Source: Eledone cirrhosa (Eukaryota). Taken from it: 64,000 bases of DNA. Shown here one piece after another: positions 13,120-24,798 of this stretch (positions are counted from its first letter, which is position 1; each line of letters begins with the position of its first letter). Under the pieces are notes generated by a model. It saw nothing but the letters and a program-made list of their open reading frames with translations, did not search any database and was not told the DNA's origin. Location of the stretch: contig OZ024744.1 in the NCBI GenBank assembly GCA_964016885.1, positions 66,526,001-66,590,000 of the forward strand, read 5' to 3'. The position numbers and the translations under genes are program-made.

Positions 13120-13395
13120 ATCATCATCATCATCAACGTTTAACGTCCGTGTTCCACGCTTGCATGGGTTTGGACGGGGGTAGTCCCACTTGAGGCAAGA
13201 GTGATTGTCTTGCTCGCATAGGACTGTCTGGCAGGTTTTATACGGCTGGATGCCCTTCCTAACACCAACCACATTTACAGTGTGGGTCTGGGAGGTTTTT
13301 ACCGTGTTGCCTACACGGCCACATTACAGCGTGGACTGTGTGTTTTTTTGTCGTGACACCTACACGATCTCATTTGTTTCGGCCTGGATGGTGTG
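13120..13395 (-). mobile_element. RTE 3' UTR-only fragment (subfamily A)
   Basis: Matches 32140-32400. Confidence 0.8.
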
Positions 13396-13654
13396 GCATA
13401 TATTGTCCCACCCTTACAAACAGGGAAAGTGGACATAAAATGATGATGATAATGATGATATATTGATGGCAAAAACAAACATTCTAATGTCTTCAGATTT
13501 TGCTGATATTCTCTGCTGCTAGCACCTGTGATTGTTACCACTTCCCAGATAAATTGACAATCACAAAGTGGCTGTCAAAGTGATTATGTACTTTAATGAT
13601 ATTTATGCATTCTTAAGCATATTCAGGCTCCCTCACTCATCCATGCACACACAA

Positions 13655-13685
<31 letters not shown>

Positions 13686-14033
13686 CACACATACACTCAC
13701 ATACATATATACTCACAAACAAGCATATGCATGCACATCCATACTTCATTCCTGGAGCCCTCAACTTGTGGAATTGTAGATATCCTGAGATATTAAAAAC
13801 CTGTTGAAGTCCATCACTGAAACATATAATAGAGTAAGATTTCACACCTCTTGTATCACTCCTTCATAGTCAGTCTATGAACTTTTCAGCTGACATGACG
13901 CACACATATATATAATAGCATTTAAAGTTTAGATTTTACATCATTGTTACTCTGAGTTTCAAGTTACAACTTTTGCTGTATATTGTCTTTCAGATACTGA
14001 ACAAGGGGTGGATATAAAGATAATTATATAAGA

Positions 14034-14222
14034 TAATTGTTTCTACTTTAGGCACAAGGCCAGCAATTACCCAGTGCATTACTGGTACTTTATTTTATCG
14101 ACCCCGTAAGGATGAAAGGCAAATTCAACCTCGGCGGGATTTGAACTCAGATCGTAAAGGGACGTAACTATGCTGGAAAGCATGGCGTCTGACCCGCTAC
14201 TGATACTGCCAATCCACCACCC
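14034..14222 (-). mobile_element. SINE family 2
   Basis: Full-length copy. Confidence 0.85.
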
Positions 14223-14296
14223 TATATGTAAGATAATAAACAGAATTGAGAAACGAAGTGTAGTAAAAACTAATATCTTTATTATATTTACAAAGT

Positions 14297-14327
<31 letters not shown>

Positions 14328-14380
14328 GTCCCACCCTTGCAAGCACGGTAGAGCGGACGTAAAATGATGATGATGATGAT

Positions 14381-14444
<64 letters not shown>

Positions 14445-14445
14445 C

Positions 14446-14489
<44 letters not shown>

Positions 14490-14551
14490 GATCACAGGTA
14501 AGCTAACTAAGAACATAGATTTTACATGTGGCCGGTGCTCTGGTGCAATAA

Positions 14552-14592
<41 letters not shown>

Positions 14593-14599
14593 CAATAAG

Positions 14600-14635
<36 letters not shown>

Positions 14636-14891
14636 GGAATGAGTAGGACCCCGACGGCTGAGCTCAAGCCGTTTCGACGGCTAATTCTGGACGCCAGAAT
14701 TAGCCGTCGAAACGGCTTGAGCTCAGCCGTATACATATATATATATATATGTGTGTATATATATGTGTATATATATGTGTATATATATATATGTATACGG
14801 CTGAGCTCAAGCCGTTTCGACGGCTAATTCTGGCGTCCAGAATTAGCCGTCGAAACGGCTTGAGCTCAGCCGTCGGGGTCCTACTCATTCC
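14636..14891. repeat. nested palindrome (two hairpins forming a larger inverted repeat around (TA)n)
   Basis: Each arm contains a 37-bp perfect hairpin; the loops acg and cgt are reverse complements. Confidence 0.9.
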
Positions 14892-14945
<54 letters not shown>

Positions 14946-15020
14946 AACGAGTAGGACAAACCCACTATCCTGATGTCTTCCAAAAGTAACAGTTGCATTT
15001 TGAAAGGGTACGTCAATGTT

Positions 15021-15127
15021 TATTTATAAAACTGGTATATATTGTATTTTGTCTGATGAAGGCATACCACAATTTAACATGGTATCCTTGAAATATGTAT
15101 AATAAAATAAATATGGTTTTATAAATA
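15021..15127 (+). ncRNA. type I hammerhead ribozyme with extended stem I
   Basis: tattttgt-CTGATGA(15053)-agg.atacca/tggtatcctt-GAAA(15090)-tatgta-TA-ataaaata; outer helix tatttataaaac/gttttataaata. Confidence 0.75.
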
Positions 15128-15210
15128 TAGTTTCCCTTTGTTAATATCTTATATATATATATAATATAGTTAATATCTTATATATATATATATCTTATAT
15201 ATATATATCT

Positions 15211-15252
<42 letters not shown>

Positions 15253-15319
15253 CATATACATATATATAGTAAAAGAATGAAGAATAACATGGTCGGCTGT
15301 ACAAAAAGGGGTTTAATAA

Positions 15320-15378
15320 CAGTTTTAACAATTGTTTCATTAATACATTGTTTGCTTGATCAAATCATCAGAATACTG
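15320..15378 (-). ncRNA. probable minimal hammerhead ribozyme
   Basis: Minus strand cagtatt-CTGATGA...GAAA-caattg-TT-aaaactg. Palindromic stem III, weak stem II. Confidence 0.5.
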
Positions 15379-15821
15379 AAGTGTGTATAACACAGGGCAC
15401 TGGTATTCTTTTACTATTATTACTCCAAAAACCACCTGCTAGGAACTTTCATAAACTGGCCACCTGACTAAGGAAATTTCTTGTTGAGTGAAACAACGCT
15501 GTTCATGAAAACTATCCTCAACACAGAGTACTCCCAATCTCTAGCTGGATTACCTAAAACGATACCTTGTTATCCTATATATATATATATATATATATCA
15601 TGCAAGCGTGGAAGATGGACGTTAAATGATGATGATGATATGTATATATATATATATTGGAAATAGTGTGAGATCCTTGGTACAGTTAGGTATATTTGGA
15701 AGAAAGGAAAAGAATGACTTCACTTGTAGTTCTAAACAAATTGATTTAATATTATAAAATTAAATCAATTTGTATTAAATTAATTTTATAATATTATAAT
15801 ATGGCAGTATCGGTAGAGGGT

Positions 15822-15981
15822 CGGACGCCATGCTTTCCAGCAGAGTTACGTCCCTTTACGATCTGAGTTCAAATCCCGCCGAGGTTGACTTTGCCTTTCA
15901 TCCTTACGGGGTCGATAAAATAAAGTACCAGTAATGCACTGGGTAATTTGCTGGCCTTGTGCCAAATGTAGAAACAATTAT
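15822..15981 (+). mobile_element. SINE family 2 inserted within a fold-back
   Basis: SINE sequence, with inverted flanks at about 15693-15750 / 16005-16078. Confidence 0.8.
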
Positions 15982-16074
15982 AATATTTAAATTAATTTTA
16001 TAATATTATAATATTATAAAATTAAATCAATTTGTTTAGAACTACAAGTGAAGTCATTCTTTTCCTTTTTTCAA

Positions 16075-16106
<32 letters not shown>

Positions 16107-16313
16107 GTGTCCACACTGTAAACGTGGTTGGTGTTAGGAAGGGCATCCAGCCGTAGAAAACCAGCCAGACAGTCCTATATGAGCAAGACAACCAATCTTG
16201 CCTCAAGTGGGACAATTCTCAACTAAACCCATACATATTTCAATGATGATCAATATTGTAATTTCATCGTCCACCCATAATTGCCTCAGAAATGTTATCT
16301 TTTACTCAATTTG

Positions 16314-16364
16314 GCTGTCTGATGAAATCACGAAATCGATAGTCATTGAAATATGTATAACAGC
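16314..16364 (+). ncRNA. minimal type I hammerhead ribozyme
   Basis: gctgt-CTGATGA(16319)...GAAA(16348)-tatgta-TA-acagc. Confidence 0.65.
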
Positions 16365-16416
16365 TCAATTAATAAAATACTTTAACGTCTACAATTTCAC
16401 ATTTTCCTCATTGTAA

Positions 16417-16459
<43 letters not shown>

Positions 16460-16460
<1 letters not shown>

Positions 16461-16655
16461 AGAGAATTGAATTCCCAATCGGGAGGTTGTGAGTTCGAAT
16501 CCCGGACCAGGCGATGCGTTATGTCCTTGGGCAAGACACTTTATTTCATGTTGCTCCTTCTACCTGGAATTGTGACTGATAGATAGTATTAGCAATTGGA
16601 AAGACCAACGGAAACATTGTTTCCTCGGTCCGATTTGACGAAAGTCGATCGTTCC
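16460..16655 (+). mobile_element. tRNA/CORE-like SINE, 5' truncated
   Basis: gagttcgaatcc B box followed by tgtccttgggcaagacacttta. Confidence 0.7.
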
Positions 16656-16656
16656 T

Positions 16657-16693
<37 letters not shown>

Positions 16694-17078
16694 ATATATA
16701 TATATATGTATATATATATGTATATATATGTATATATATGTGTATATATATATATATATATATACATATATGATGAATATATATATATATATACATATAT
16801 GATGAATTCTAACAAGAATGAAACGCGTAGATTACTTCCCTTGCTTTTATCGAGAATCTAATTGTAATACGTGACGTATTCTATTCTATAGCGATTAGGT
16901 CTTCAAAATGTTTATTATAAACATACAGAATATTTTCGAATATTCTATGTCTATATTCACATATATATCGCTATTTCAGAGCATTTATTCCAATTTCTAA
17001 TTTCTGCCGGACCGGCAACCGCTCTTTCAAACCAGTTCCTGTACACAGCTAAGTATTCTATAAGTCTCTAGCTGTGTC

Positions 17079-17167
17079 ATTCTCGATAAAAGCACTGGAT
17101 ATGTAGTCCTGATGAATTCTAACAAGAATGAAACGCGTAGATTACTTCCCTTGCTTTTATCGAGAAT
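17079..17167 (+). ncRNA. type I hammerhead ribozyme, array unit 2 (core 17103-17145)
   Basis: Stem I gtagtc/gattac; CTGATGA; stem II attct-aaca-agaat; GAAA; stem III palindrome acgcgt; GUA cleavage after 17139; outer 16-bp helix attctcgataaaagca/tgcttttatcgagaat. Confidence 0.9.
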
Positions 17168-17388
17168 CTAATTGTAATACGTGACGTATTCTATTCTATA
17201 GCGATTAGGTCTTCAAAATGTTTATTATAAACATACAGAATATTTTCGAATATTCTATGTCTATATTCACATATATATCGCTATTTCAGAGCATTTATTC
17301 CAATTTCTAATTTCTGCCGGACCGGCAACCGCTCTTTCAAACCAGTTCCTGTACACAGCTAAGTATTCTATAAGTCTCTAGCTGTGTC

Positions 17389-17477
17389 ATTCTCGATAAA
17401 AGCACTGGATATGTAGTCCTGATGAATTCTAACAAGAATGAAACGCGTAGATTACTTCCCTTGCTTTTATCGAGAAT
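17389..17477 (+). ncRNA. type I hammerhead ribozyme, array unit 3
   Basis: Same as 17079-17167, shifted by 310. Confidence 0.9.
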
Positions 17478-17698
17478 CTAATTGTAATACGTGACGTATT
17501 CTATTCTATAGCGATTAGGTCTTCAAAATGTTTATTATAAACATACAGAATATTTTCGAATATTCTATGTCTATATTCACATATATATCGCTATTTCAGA
17601 GCATTTATTCCAATTTCTAATTTCTGCCGGACCGGCAACCGCTCTTTCAAACCAGTTCCTGTACACAGCTAAGTATTCTATAAGTCTCTAGCTGTGTC

Positions 17699-17787
17699 AT
17701 TCTCGATAAAAGCACTGGATATGTAGTCCTGATGAATTCTAACAAGAATGAAACGCGTAGATTACTTCCCTTGCTTTTATCGAGAAT
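17699..17787 (+). ncRNA. type I hammerhead ribozyme, array unit 4
   Basis: Same motif, shifted by 620. Confidence 0.9.
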
Positions 17788-18008
17788 CTAATTGTAATAC
17801 GTGACGTATTCTATTCTATAGCGATTAGGTCTTCAAAATGTTTATTATAAACATACAGAATATTTTCGAATATTCTATGTCTATATTCACATATATATCG
17901 CTATTTCAGAGCATTTATTCCAATTTCTAATTTCTGCCGGACCGGCAACCGCTCTTTCAAACCAGTTCCTGTACACAGCTAAGTATTCTATAAGTCTCTA
18001 GCTGTGTC

Positions 18009-18097
18009 ATTCTCGATAAAAGCACTGGATATGTAGTCCTGATGAATTCTAACAAGAATGAAACGCGTAGATTACTTCCCTTGCTTTTATCGAGAAT
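18009..18097 (+). ncRNA. type I hammerhead ribozyme, array unit 5
   Basis: Same motif, shifted by 930. Confidence 0.9.
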
Positions 18098-18318
18098 CTA
18101 ATTGTAATACGTGACGTATTCTATTCTATAGCGATTAGGTCTTCAAAATGTTTATTATAAACATACAGAATATTTTCGAATATTCTATGTCTATATTCAC
18201 ATATATATCGCTATTTCAGAGCATTTATTCCAATTTCTAATTTCTGCCGGACCGGCAACCGCTCTTTCAAACCAGTTCCTGTACACAGCTAAGTATTCTA
18301 TAAGTCTCTAGCTGTGTC

Positions 18319-18407
18319 ATTCTCGATAAAAGCACTGGATATGTAGTCCTGATGAATTCTAACAAGAATGAAACGCGTAGATTACTTCCCTTGCTTTTAT
18401 CGAGAAT
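18319..18407 (+). ncRNA. type I hammerhead ribozyme, array unit 6
   Basis: Same motif, shifted by 1240. Confidence 0.9.
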
Positions 18408-18681
18408 CTAATTGTAATACGTGACGTATTCTATTCTATAGCGATTAGGTCTTCAAAATGTTTATTATAAACATACAGAATATTTTCGAATATTCTATGT
18501 CTATATTCACATACATATATATATATATACATGTATATATATATGTATATATATGTATATATATGTGTATATATATATACATATATATATATATATACAT
18601 GTATATATATATATATACATATATACATATATATATATATACATGTATATACATATATATATGTATATATATATATATATT

Positions 18682-19120
18682 GGTGAAGGTGCATGGCTTA
18701 GTGGTTTTGGGCTTGCAATCGAAAGGTTGTGAGTTCAATTCTCGGACCGGGTGATGTGTTGTTTCCTTGAGCAAGACACTTTATTTTCACATTGCTCCAG
18801 TTTACTCAGCTGTAGAAATAAAATGATAGGGACTGGGGTCCCTATCATTCCACTGCAAAGTGGTCGTGGAGGTGCCACGGCAAAAAAAAAAAAACCCAGC
18901 CTACACTGTAAAGTGGACGTGTAGGCGCCATGGAAAAAAAAGCACCCAGCACTCACTGTAAATGAGGTTGGTGTTAGGAAGGGCATCCAGCTGTAGAAAT
19001 CAAGCCAGAATCAGTTACTGTATGAGCAAGACAAGGCCAGCCAACTGGACACTGCCCACAGCAGGACAACCCGTTTAACCCATGCAGGAGTGATAGAACG
19101 GACGTAAAACGGTGATGATT
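18682..19120 (+). mobile_element. SINE: tRNA head + CORE-like domain + RTE subfamily B 3' UTR tail
   Basis: tggcttagtgg / gagttcaattct boxes, ccttgagcaagacactt, tail matching 24799-25050 and ending ggacgtaaaacggtgatgat. Second copy at 34478-34822. Confidence 0.8.
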
Positions 19121-19167
19121 ATATATATATATATATACATGTATATACATATATATATATATATACA

Positions 19168-19286
19168 CAGGTAAAATTCCATTATAACAAATACCATTAT
19201 AACAAATTTTTCAGTATAACAAAATTTTTCGTTACAGCAAATTTCTTTTTTATATCCATGAATTTTGTTATAACGGAATTTCACCG
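19168..19286. mobile_element. pogo/Tigger-like MITE
   Basis: TIR-like ggtaaaattccattataacaaa / tttgttataacggaatttcacc. Confidence 0.55.
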
Positions 19287-19799
19287 TCATCGTCGTCCTC
19301 CTCCTCCTCATCATCATCGTTTAACGTCCATCTTCCACGCAAGTATGGGTTGGATGGGTTTGTCCCACTTGAGGCAAGATTGGTTGGATGACCGTGTCTC
19401 ACTCATACACAACTGTATATATATATATATTCAGGTTTGAGGTTCACCACTGTCTTCCTCCCGCAGACTTATCTTCCTTCCCCCTTTTGTTTGCCTATAT
19501 CTGACCGGTAGTAGTTGTCTTTCTTCTTATAGCTGACATTAACCCTGGCTTCTCTTCTTCTTCCTTCCCCTTCTTCTCTCTCCTTCCTTTCTTTCTTTCT
19601 TTTATCTTGTGGCATGAGATTGACGCTAACTTATGTTCCCATCCCTTTCTGTTTTCATTTATCTGACCGGTAGTAGCACACTTTAGCCACGTCACTCGAG
19701 GGCGACCGGCTGAGGTTGAAGGAGCAGAATAGCGGTCGCCCTCGGGTCCTCGATTTTCAGCCCCATGGATTTTATCTATTACATTCGCGTATTATATTT

Positions 19800-19906
19800 C
19801 GAATACCTGTTGATATCACCGGATTCATACGGAACCCGGTCATTGAAATTATCATAGTATAATAAACCTTTCAAGGATTTACACAAATCCAGCCTCCTGT
19901 CATTTC

Positions 19907-19910
<4 letters not shown>
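19800..19910 (+). mobile_element. PLE-like terminal repeat with mutated hammerhead (CTGTTGA)
   Basis: Nearly identical to 62015-62120, which keeps CTGATGA. Confidence 0.6.
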
Positions 19911-19937
<27 letters not shown>

Positions 19938-19940
<3 letters not shown>

Positions 19941-20119
19941 TAAAATGAAAAGAAAATGCTGACAAATTTTTCTCAGTGAAAAATAGTTTAATTAGGAATA
20001 AGTAAAAATTAGTAATAAGTATTGGTTAGTATTCAGTTTTAGTTTTAAGCTTTTACCGGTTGCGCATTTCTAATGCTTTTCAAAAATAATTTTGAGATAG
20101 AGCGCTCGTGATGTTTGCT

Positions 20120-20122
<3 letters not shown>
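19938..20122 (-). mobile_element. PLE-like terminal repeat with variant hammerhead-like core
   Basis: Reverse copy of 42955-43140. Confidence 0.6.
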
Positions 20123-20178
<56 letters not shown>

Positions 20179-20530
20179 TATATTAAAATAACAGATTAAA
20201 GTTTAAGCAAAGAATCACCGCTTTCACATTTATTATTACTATATACATATATAAATATATATATAAAATATGTAGTTTAGAAAGCCACAACAATGCAGAT
20301 GGGAAATTTCGAGGTAGGAAGTGAGTGAGAAATAGGAGAAAAGTGGAAAATGAGACAAAAAGGAAAACAAAACAAAGGTAGAAGGGTTACCGTAGTGGAG
20401 ATTTAATCCAAATATTTCGGGCTCACGCCCATCAATGGGGGGAAAGTTCCAAAAGGGGGGGAACAGGCTAAGCCGGAGAAAGTTGTTGTATTGTCGTTAA
20501 AACATAGGAATGCAAACTTTAACACCCTCT

Positions 20531-20595
<65 letters not shown>

Positions 20596-20849
20596 TTTCT
20601 TAGTCTGAATTTAGAGTGTTTTAATAAAACAATGACCATCTCTATACCCACTCTTCCTTACCTTGCCACCAAATGAAACAACCTGTAGCTAAACGCTGCC
20701 CATGGTGCCATCCATATTTTTTCTCCATACATCTATCCCCACGTGAAGAAAACCTTGACACCAAGGAGTGTCATATCATCATAGCTATGCCATTTAGCAT
20801 CACAAGCAACCTGTCTAAGAGAACAGTAACCCTGAATAATAATTGAGAC

Positions 20850-21094
20850 AGTGAAGATTCATTTAGGTGGGTTACTGACATGCAAAACATGGTGGCTCAT
20901 TGAACTTGGCATATTATTCTCCATTACTCAAGAAAACTACATCAACCAAGCGTGCTACGTTTAAGATAATCAAATAATTATTTCTAATACTTTTATTATT
21001 ATTAAGGGCATCTCTAACTGCTAGAAATTGTGTATATGCTCTTCAATCACATAAAGCTTCTTTGTATCACCCTCCTTCTCTATAATTCCCTATA

Positions 21095-21148
<54 letters not shown>

Positions 21149-21520
21149 CCTACTCTCTCTCTCTCTTTCTCCCCTACTCTCTCTCTCTTTCTCCCCTACT
21201 CCCTCACTCTCTCTTGTCCTCTCTTTCTCTCTCACCAGCTTCTCTGAAGATTTATTTTGGTGAGTAACAGCCATGTTCAACAAGGTGGCTCGGTGAACTT
21301 GGCATACTCTTCTTCATTTCTCAAGGAAACCACATTGACTGCAATTGCTAACTTTAAGCTAATCAATAATTATTATTCCTGATATTTCTACTGTTATTAT
21401 TAAGGGTATCCTTAATGGCAAGAAATTGTATTATCCTCTCTGATAACACAGTGTTCCTCCATATAATCACCTAATATCCTCCTCTGTCTCCCTCTCCCTC
21501 TCTCTTAGTGAAGATTCATA
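20850..21520. repeat. diverged direct duplication, about 395-bp period
   Basis: ggtggctc..tgaacttggcata...atcaa.taat..agaaattgt occurs at about 20890 and 21285. Confidence 0.65.
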
Positions 21521-21633
21521 CCCTTAGCTATATGGCACTACATTGTGAACACCCTTCACAGCATTATTTGATAGATTTGGTGTAGGTGACCAGGCTAGAA
21601 GATTGGCCACACCAATAATCACTAACGAGAGTA

Positions 21634-22468
21634 ATAATTGTTTCTACTTTTGGGACAAGGTCAGCAATTACCTCCAGTGTGTTACTGGTACTTTATTTTA
21701 ACGACCCCGTAATGATGAAAGGCAAAGTTAACCTAGACGGGATTTTAACTCAGACCGTAAAGGGGCGTAACTCTATACGTCAAAGCATGGCGTCTGACCC
21801 TCTACCGATACTGCCAATCCATCAAGGAGAGAAATAATTGTTTCTACTTTAGGCACAAGGCCAGCAATTACCCAGTACATTACTGGTACTTTATTTTATC
21901 GACCCCGTAAGGATGAAAGGCAAAGTTAACCTCGGCGGGATTTGAACTCAGAATGGCAAGGGCCGTAACTCAATGCGTCAAAGCATGGCATCCAACCCTC
22001 TACCGATACTGCCAATCCGCCACCCTCTCATCAAGGAGAGTAATAATGGTTTCTGATTTTAGGTACAAGGCCAACAATATATTGGGAGGAGGGGAAAGGT
22101 TGATTAAATCGCCCCCAGTGCAATGTATTACTGGTACTTTATTTTATTGACCCCGTAAGGATGAAAGGCAAAACTAATCTCGGCAGGATTTGAACTCAGA
22201 ACGTAAAGGGCCGTAACTCTATGTCATAAAGCATTGTGTCTGACGCTCTACCGACTCTGCTAATCCACCAAGAAGAGTAATAATTGTTTCTACTTTTGGC
22301 ACAAGGCCAATAAATACCCAGTACATTACTGGTACTTTATTTTATCGACCCCGTAAGGATGAAAGGCAAAGTTAACCTCGGCGGGATTTGAACTCAGAAT
22401 GGCAAGGGCCGTAACTCTATGCATCAAAGCATGATATCTGACCCTCTACCGATACTGCCAATCCGCCA
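21634..22468 (-). mobile_element. four head-to-tail SINE family 2 copies
   Basis: Copies start near 21634, 21835, 22045 and 22280, separated by caagg/aagagag linkers. Confidence 0.85.
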
Positions 22469-22799
22469 AGGATGTTGTATGTAGCAGATATGCAAGAGTA
22501 ATTAACCTTATCAGCATCATCACTGTTCAACGTCCATTTTTCCATGCTTGCTTGTGTCACATGGGTTGTCACATCAAGAGACAAGTCTGGCCAGGATTGG
22601 CCATGCTGTACATTGCTCTGACAGGACTGTAAATTTGGCTGGGGTTTTTGCAGCTGGAGCCCTTCCTAACTCTGACCACATTTGCAGTATAGATTTAAAA
22701 AAAAAACATTTTCAAATGCTTCAAAGGATTCTTAGAAGTAATTTAGAGTTTCATTACCAAGGTGACCAAAATATTGGTGGAAGAATTCATTCTTTCTGA

Positions 22800-23300
22800 A
22801 ACAAAAGTAATCAGGGTAAGAACAGGGTGTGAAAACTCCTGGCAACCTAGAGATTTTATCTTTGAGCAAAGAGTAGATTGTATGAAGCATGTGCACAATG
22901 CTGATTTAGTGGTGAAACATGGGTATCGAATGCAAATTGGTGAAAGTCACAAAGAAATAAGATGAGCAAGATTTATTGGTTGTGTAATGTTAATGTGTGT
23001 TAATGACAGGGCATAAATAAACTGAGAGCAAAAACTGATCCCAAAAGAAACCAAATGCAGTGTGTTCGAGTGAAGACTGAGCTGCTACTATGGAGGATGA
23101 CAGTTGCATAAAGAAGTACCCAATCTTCCATGTGAAAAGAACCATTAAAAGATATAGGAAGAACTAATGAAAGCTGACATCAGAATGCTGAACTTTACAG
23201 ATATGATAAGAGACTGTAAAACGTTGCAAAACACTGGTGCATGGAAGAATGGAAATATAATGATGGTGACAACGATGATAATGATGATGTTGACTACGAC
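22800..23300 (+). mobile_element. highly decayed RTE 3' fragment
   Basis: Residual similarity to 1020-1560. Confidence 0.5.
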
Positions 23301-23577
23301 GATGGTGATGATGATTAAATAGGTGTTACATATTTGATCAACACTAAGGCATGTAAATACTGAAATTTTAAGATTTGAATACTTATAATGTAAACGTTAA
23401 CAATTAAAATATGACGAGAAATATAAGTGTGGAAATTGGAGTGATAAAGTAATTAAACTGTGTGACAAAGAAGCATACATTGCCAAACATTATAAAACAT
23501 TATGCAAGCATAACATCAATTGGTATAATTTTCCTCATAGCCTGGATGTGGAATCGTGTAGCACAAAAACACTTTAA

Positions 23578-23793
23578 CCCTGTAACATTTAAACCGGCCA
23601 TAAACAGCCAGAGTTCTTTCATTTCTTTCTGTTCAAACCAGCTGTAACTGGCTGTATCCAACATCAAGGTATTGTTCTCAAAATAAATGATATCAAAATC
23701 TCATAGATTCGATATTATGTGAGATAATTGTGAGATAAAGCCTTTACTGGAAAAATACAATATTATATATAGAGTAATGTGGATGCTAAAGGG
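23578..23793. mobile_element. piggyBac-type MITE
   Basis: TTAA|ccctgtaacat ... atgctaaaggg|TTAA. Relatives at 39610-39831, 2853-3045 and 40370-40567. Confidence 0.8.
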
Positions 23794-24798
23794 TTAAGCC
23801 AAATACAGAAGTACCTTCTTAGATAGTCACCAGAACCAGCAAATCTTTAACAAACACTACCTGAAGAGTAGTCACAGATATATTAATAACATTTAGAATC
23901 TGCCACAACAAAATATATATATAACAGTCACTGTCATTTGTCATGTAGTCAATCTAAATGAAATTGTGGTAACAACAATTCATACCATCTTGATGGCAAA
24001 TATATCAGCAAGGAGAGGGCATACTGAGCTGCTAAACTGAATGAAATTACCTAAGCTAAACAGAACATGCCTTAAAGAGCAGAAGCATATAGCATTCTTA
24101 TTCTTTTTACATTTGGTGAATAGAAACATCATCACTGTTTTATAGTATAGTATAGGGAGGCAGAATGTCTGCGAACCTCGGCTCTAGGTTGTGTAGCTGG
24201 TGTACATGTGAGAGTTTATCATCTTGATGTCTGCTTTCTACGTTTGAATTCTAAGAACGAAGACATTTCCAAATGTCATTATAAAAAAATTCAATTTCTA
24301 AAGCTTTATTCAACCACCCAATTAAATGTTTTGCAATTTTATTGGTGAAATTAATCTAAAATTCTTCAAGCAATTTTGAAAGTTTGTTGAAGTACTATAA
24401 ATATTCTATGAATATTTGAAGTTGTTCTCAACCCACACACTTTTATATCAAAGAGAGTTAGTCAATTGTTGTTGAAAGGTATTTTGCAGAAGGGCTGAAA
24501 ATGATTGGCTAACTAACTTCTCTTTATCTCATAACTGGAAAAGAACAAATCTTTTGTCTATTTTATTGATGTACCAATTGGATATTTAAGCTATACTGGC
24601 AAAGAAAAAAATATATATATATAATATAATATAATAAGTAACATGAATATGACAATTCCACAGTTAAAGGGCTAACATTTATTATATAATTGACACGTTT
24701 TGACAGTCTACAATTGAACAATGATCCATTGCATGTTGACATAATCTTCGATTTCCCCTAACGAAATCTGATCACTACTATATGTATATATATATATA

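Larger units (their letters stand above)
16800..18510 (+). repeat. 310-bp tandem array (5.5 units) of hammerhead-containing monomers, retrozyme-like
   Basis: gatgaattct at 16801, 17111, 17421, 17731, 18041 and 18351 (period 310). Units look identical; (TA)n on both sides. Confidence 0.95.

Noticed and set aside
16800-18510. CRISPR array interpretation
   Set aside because: Units are identical with no unique spacers, there are no cas genes, and the context is eukaryotic.
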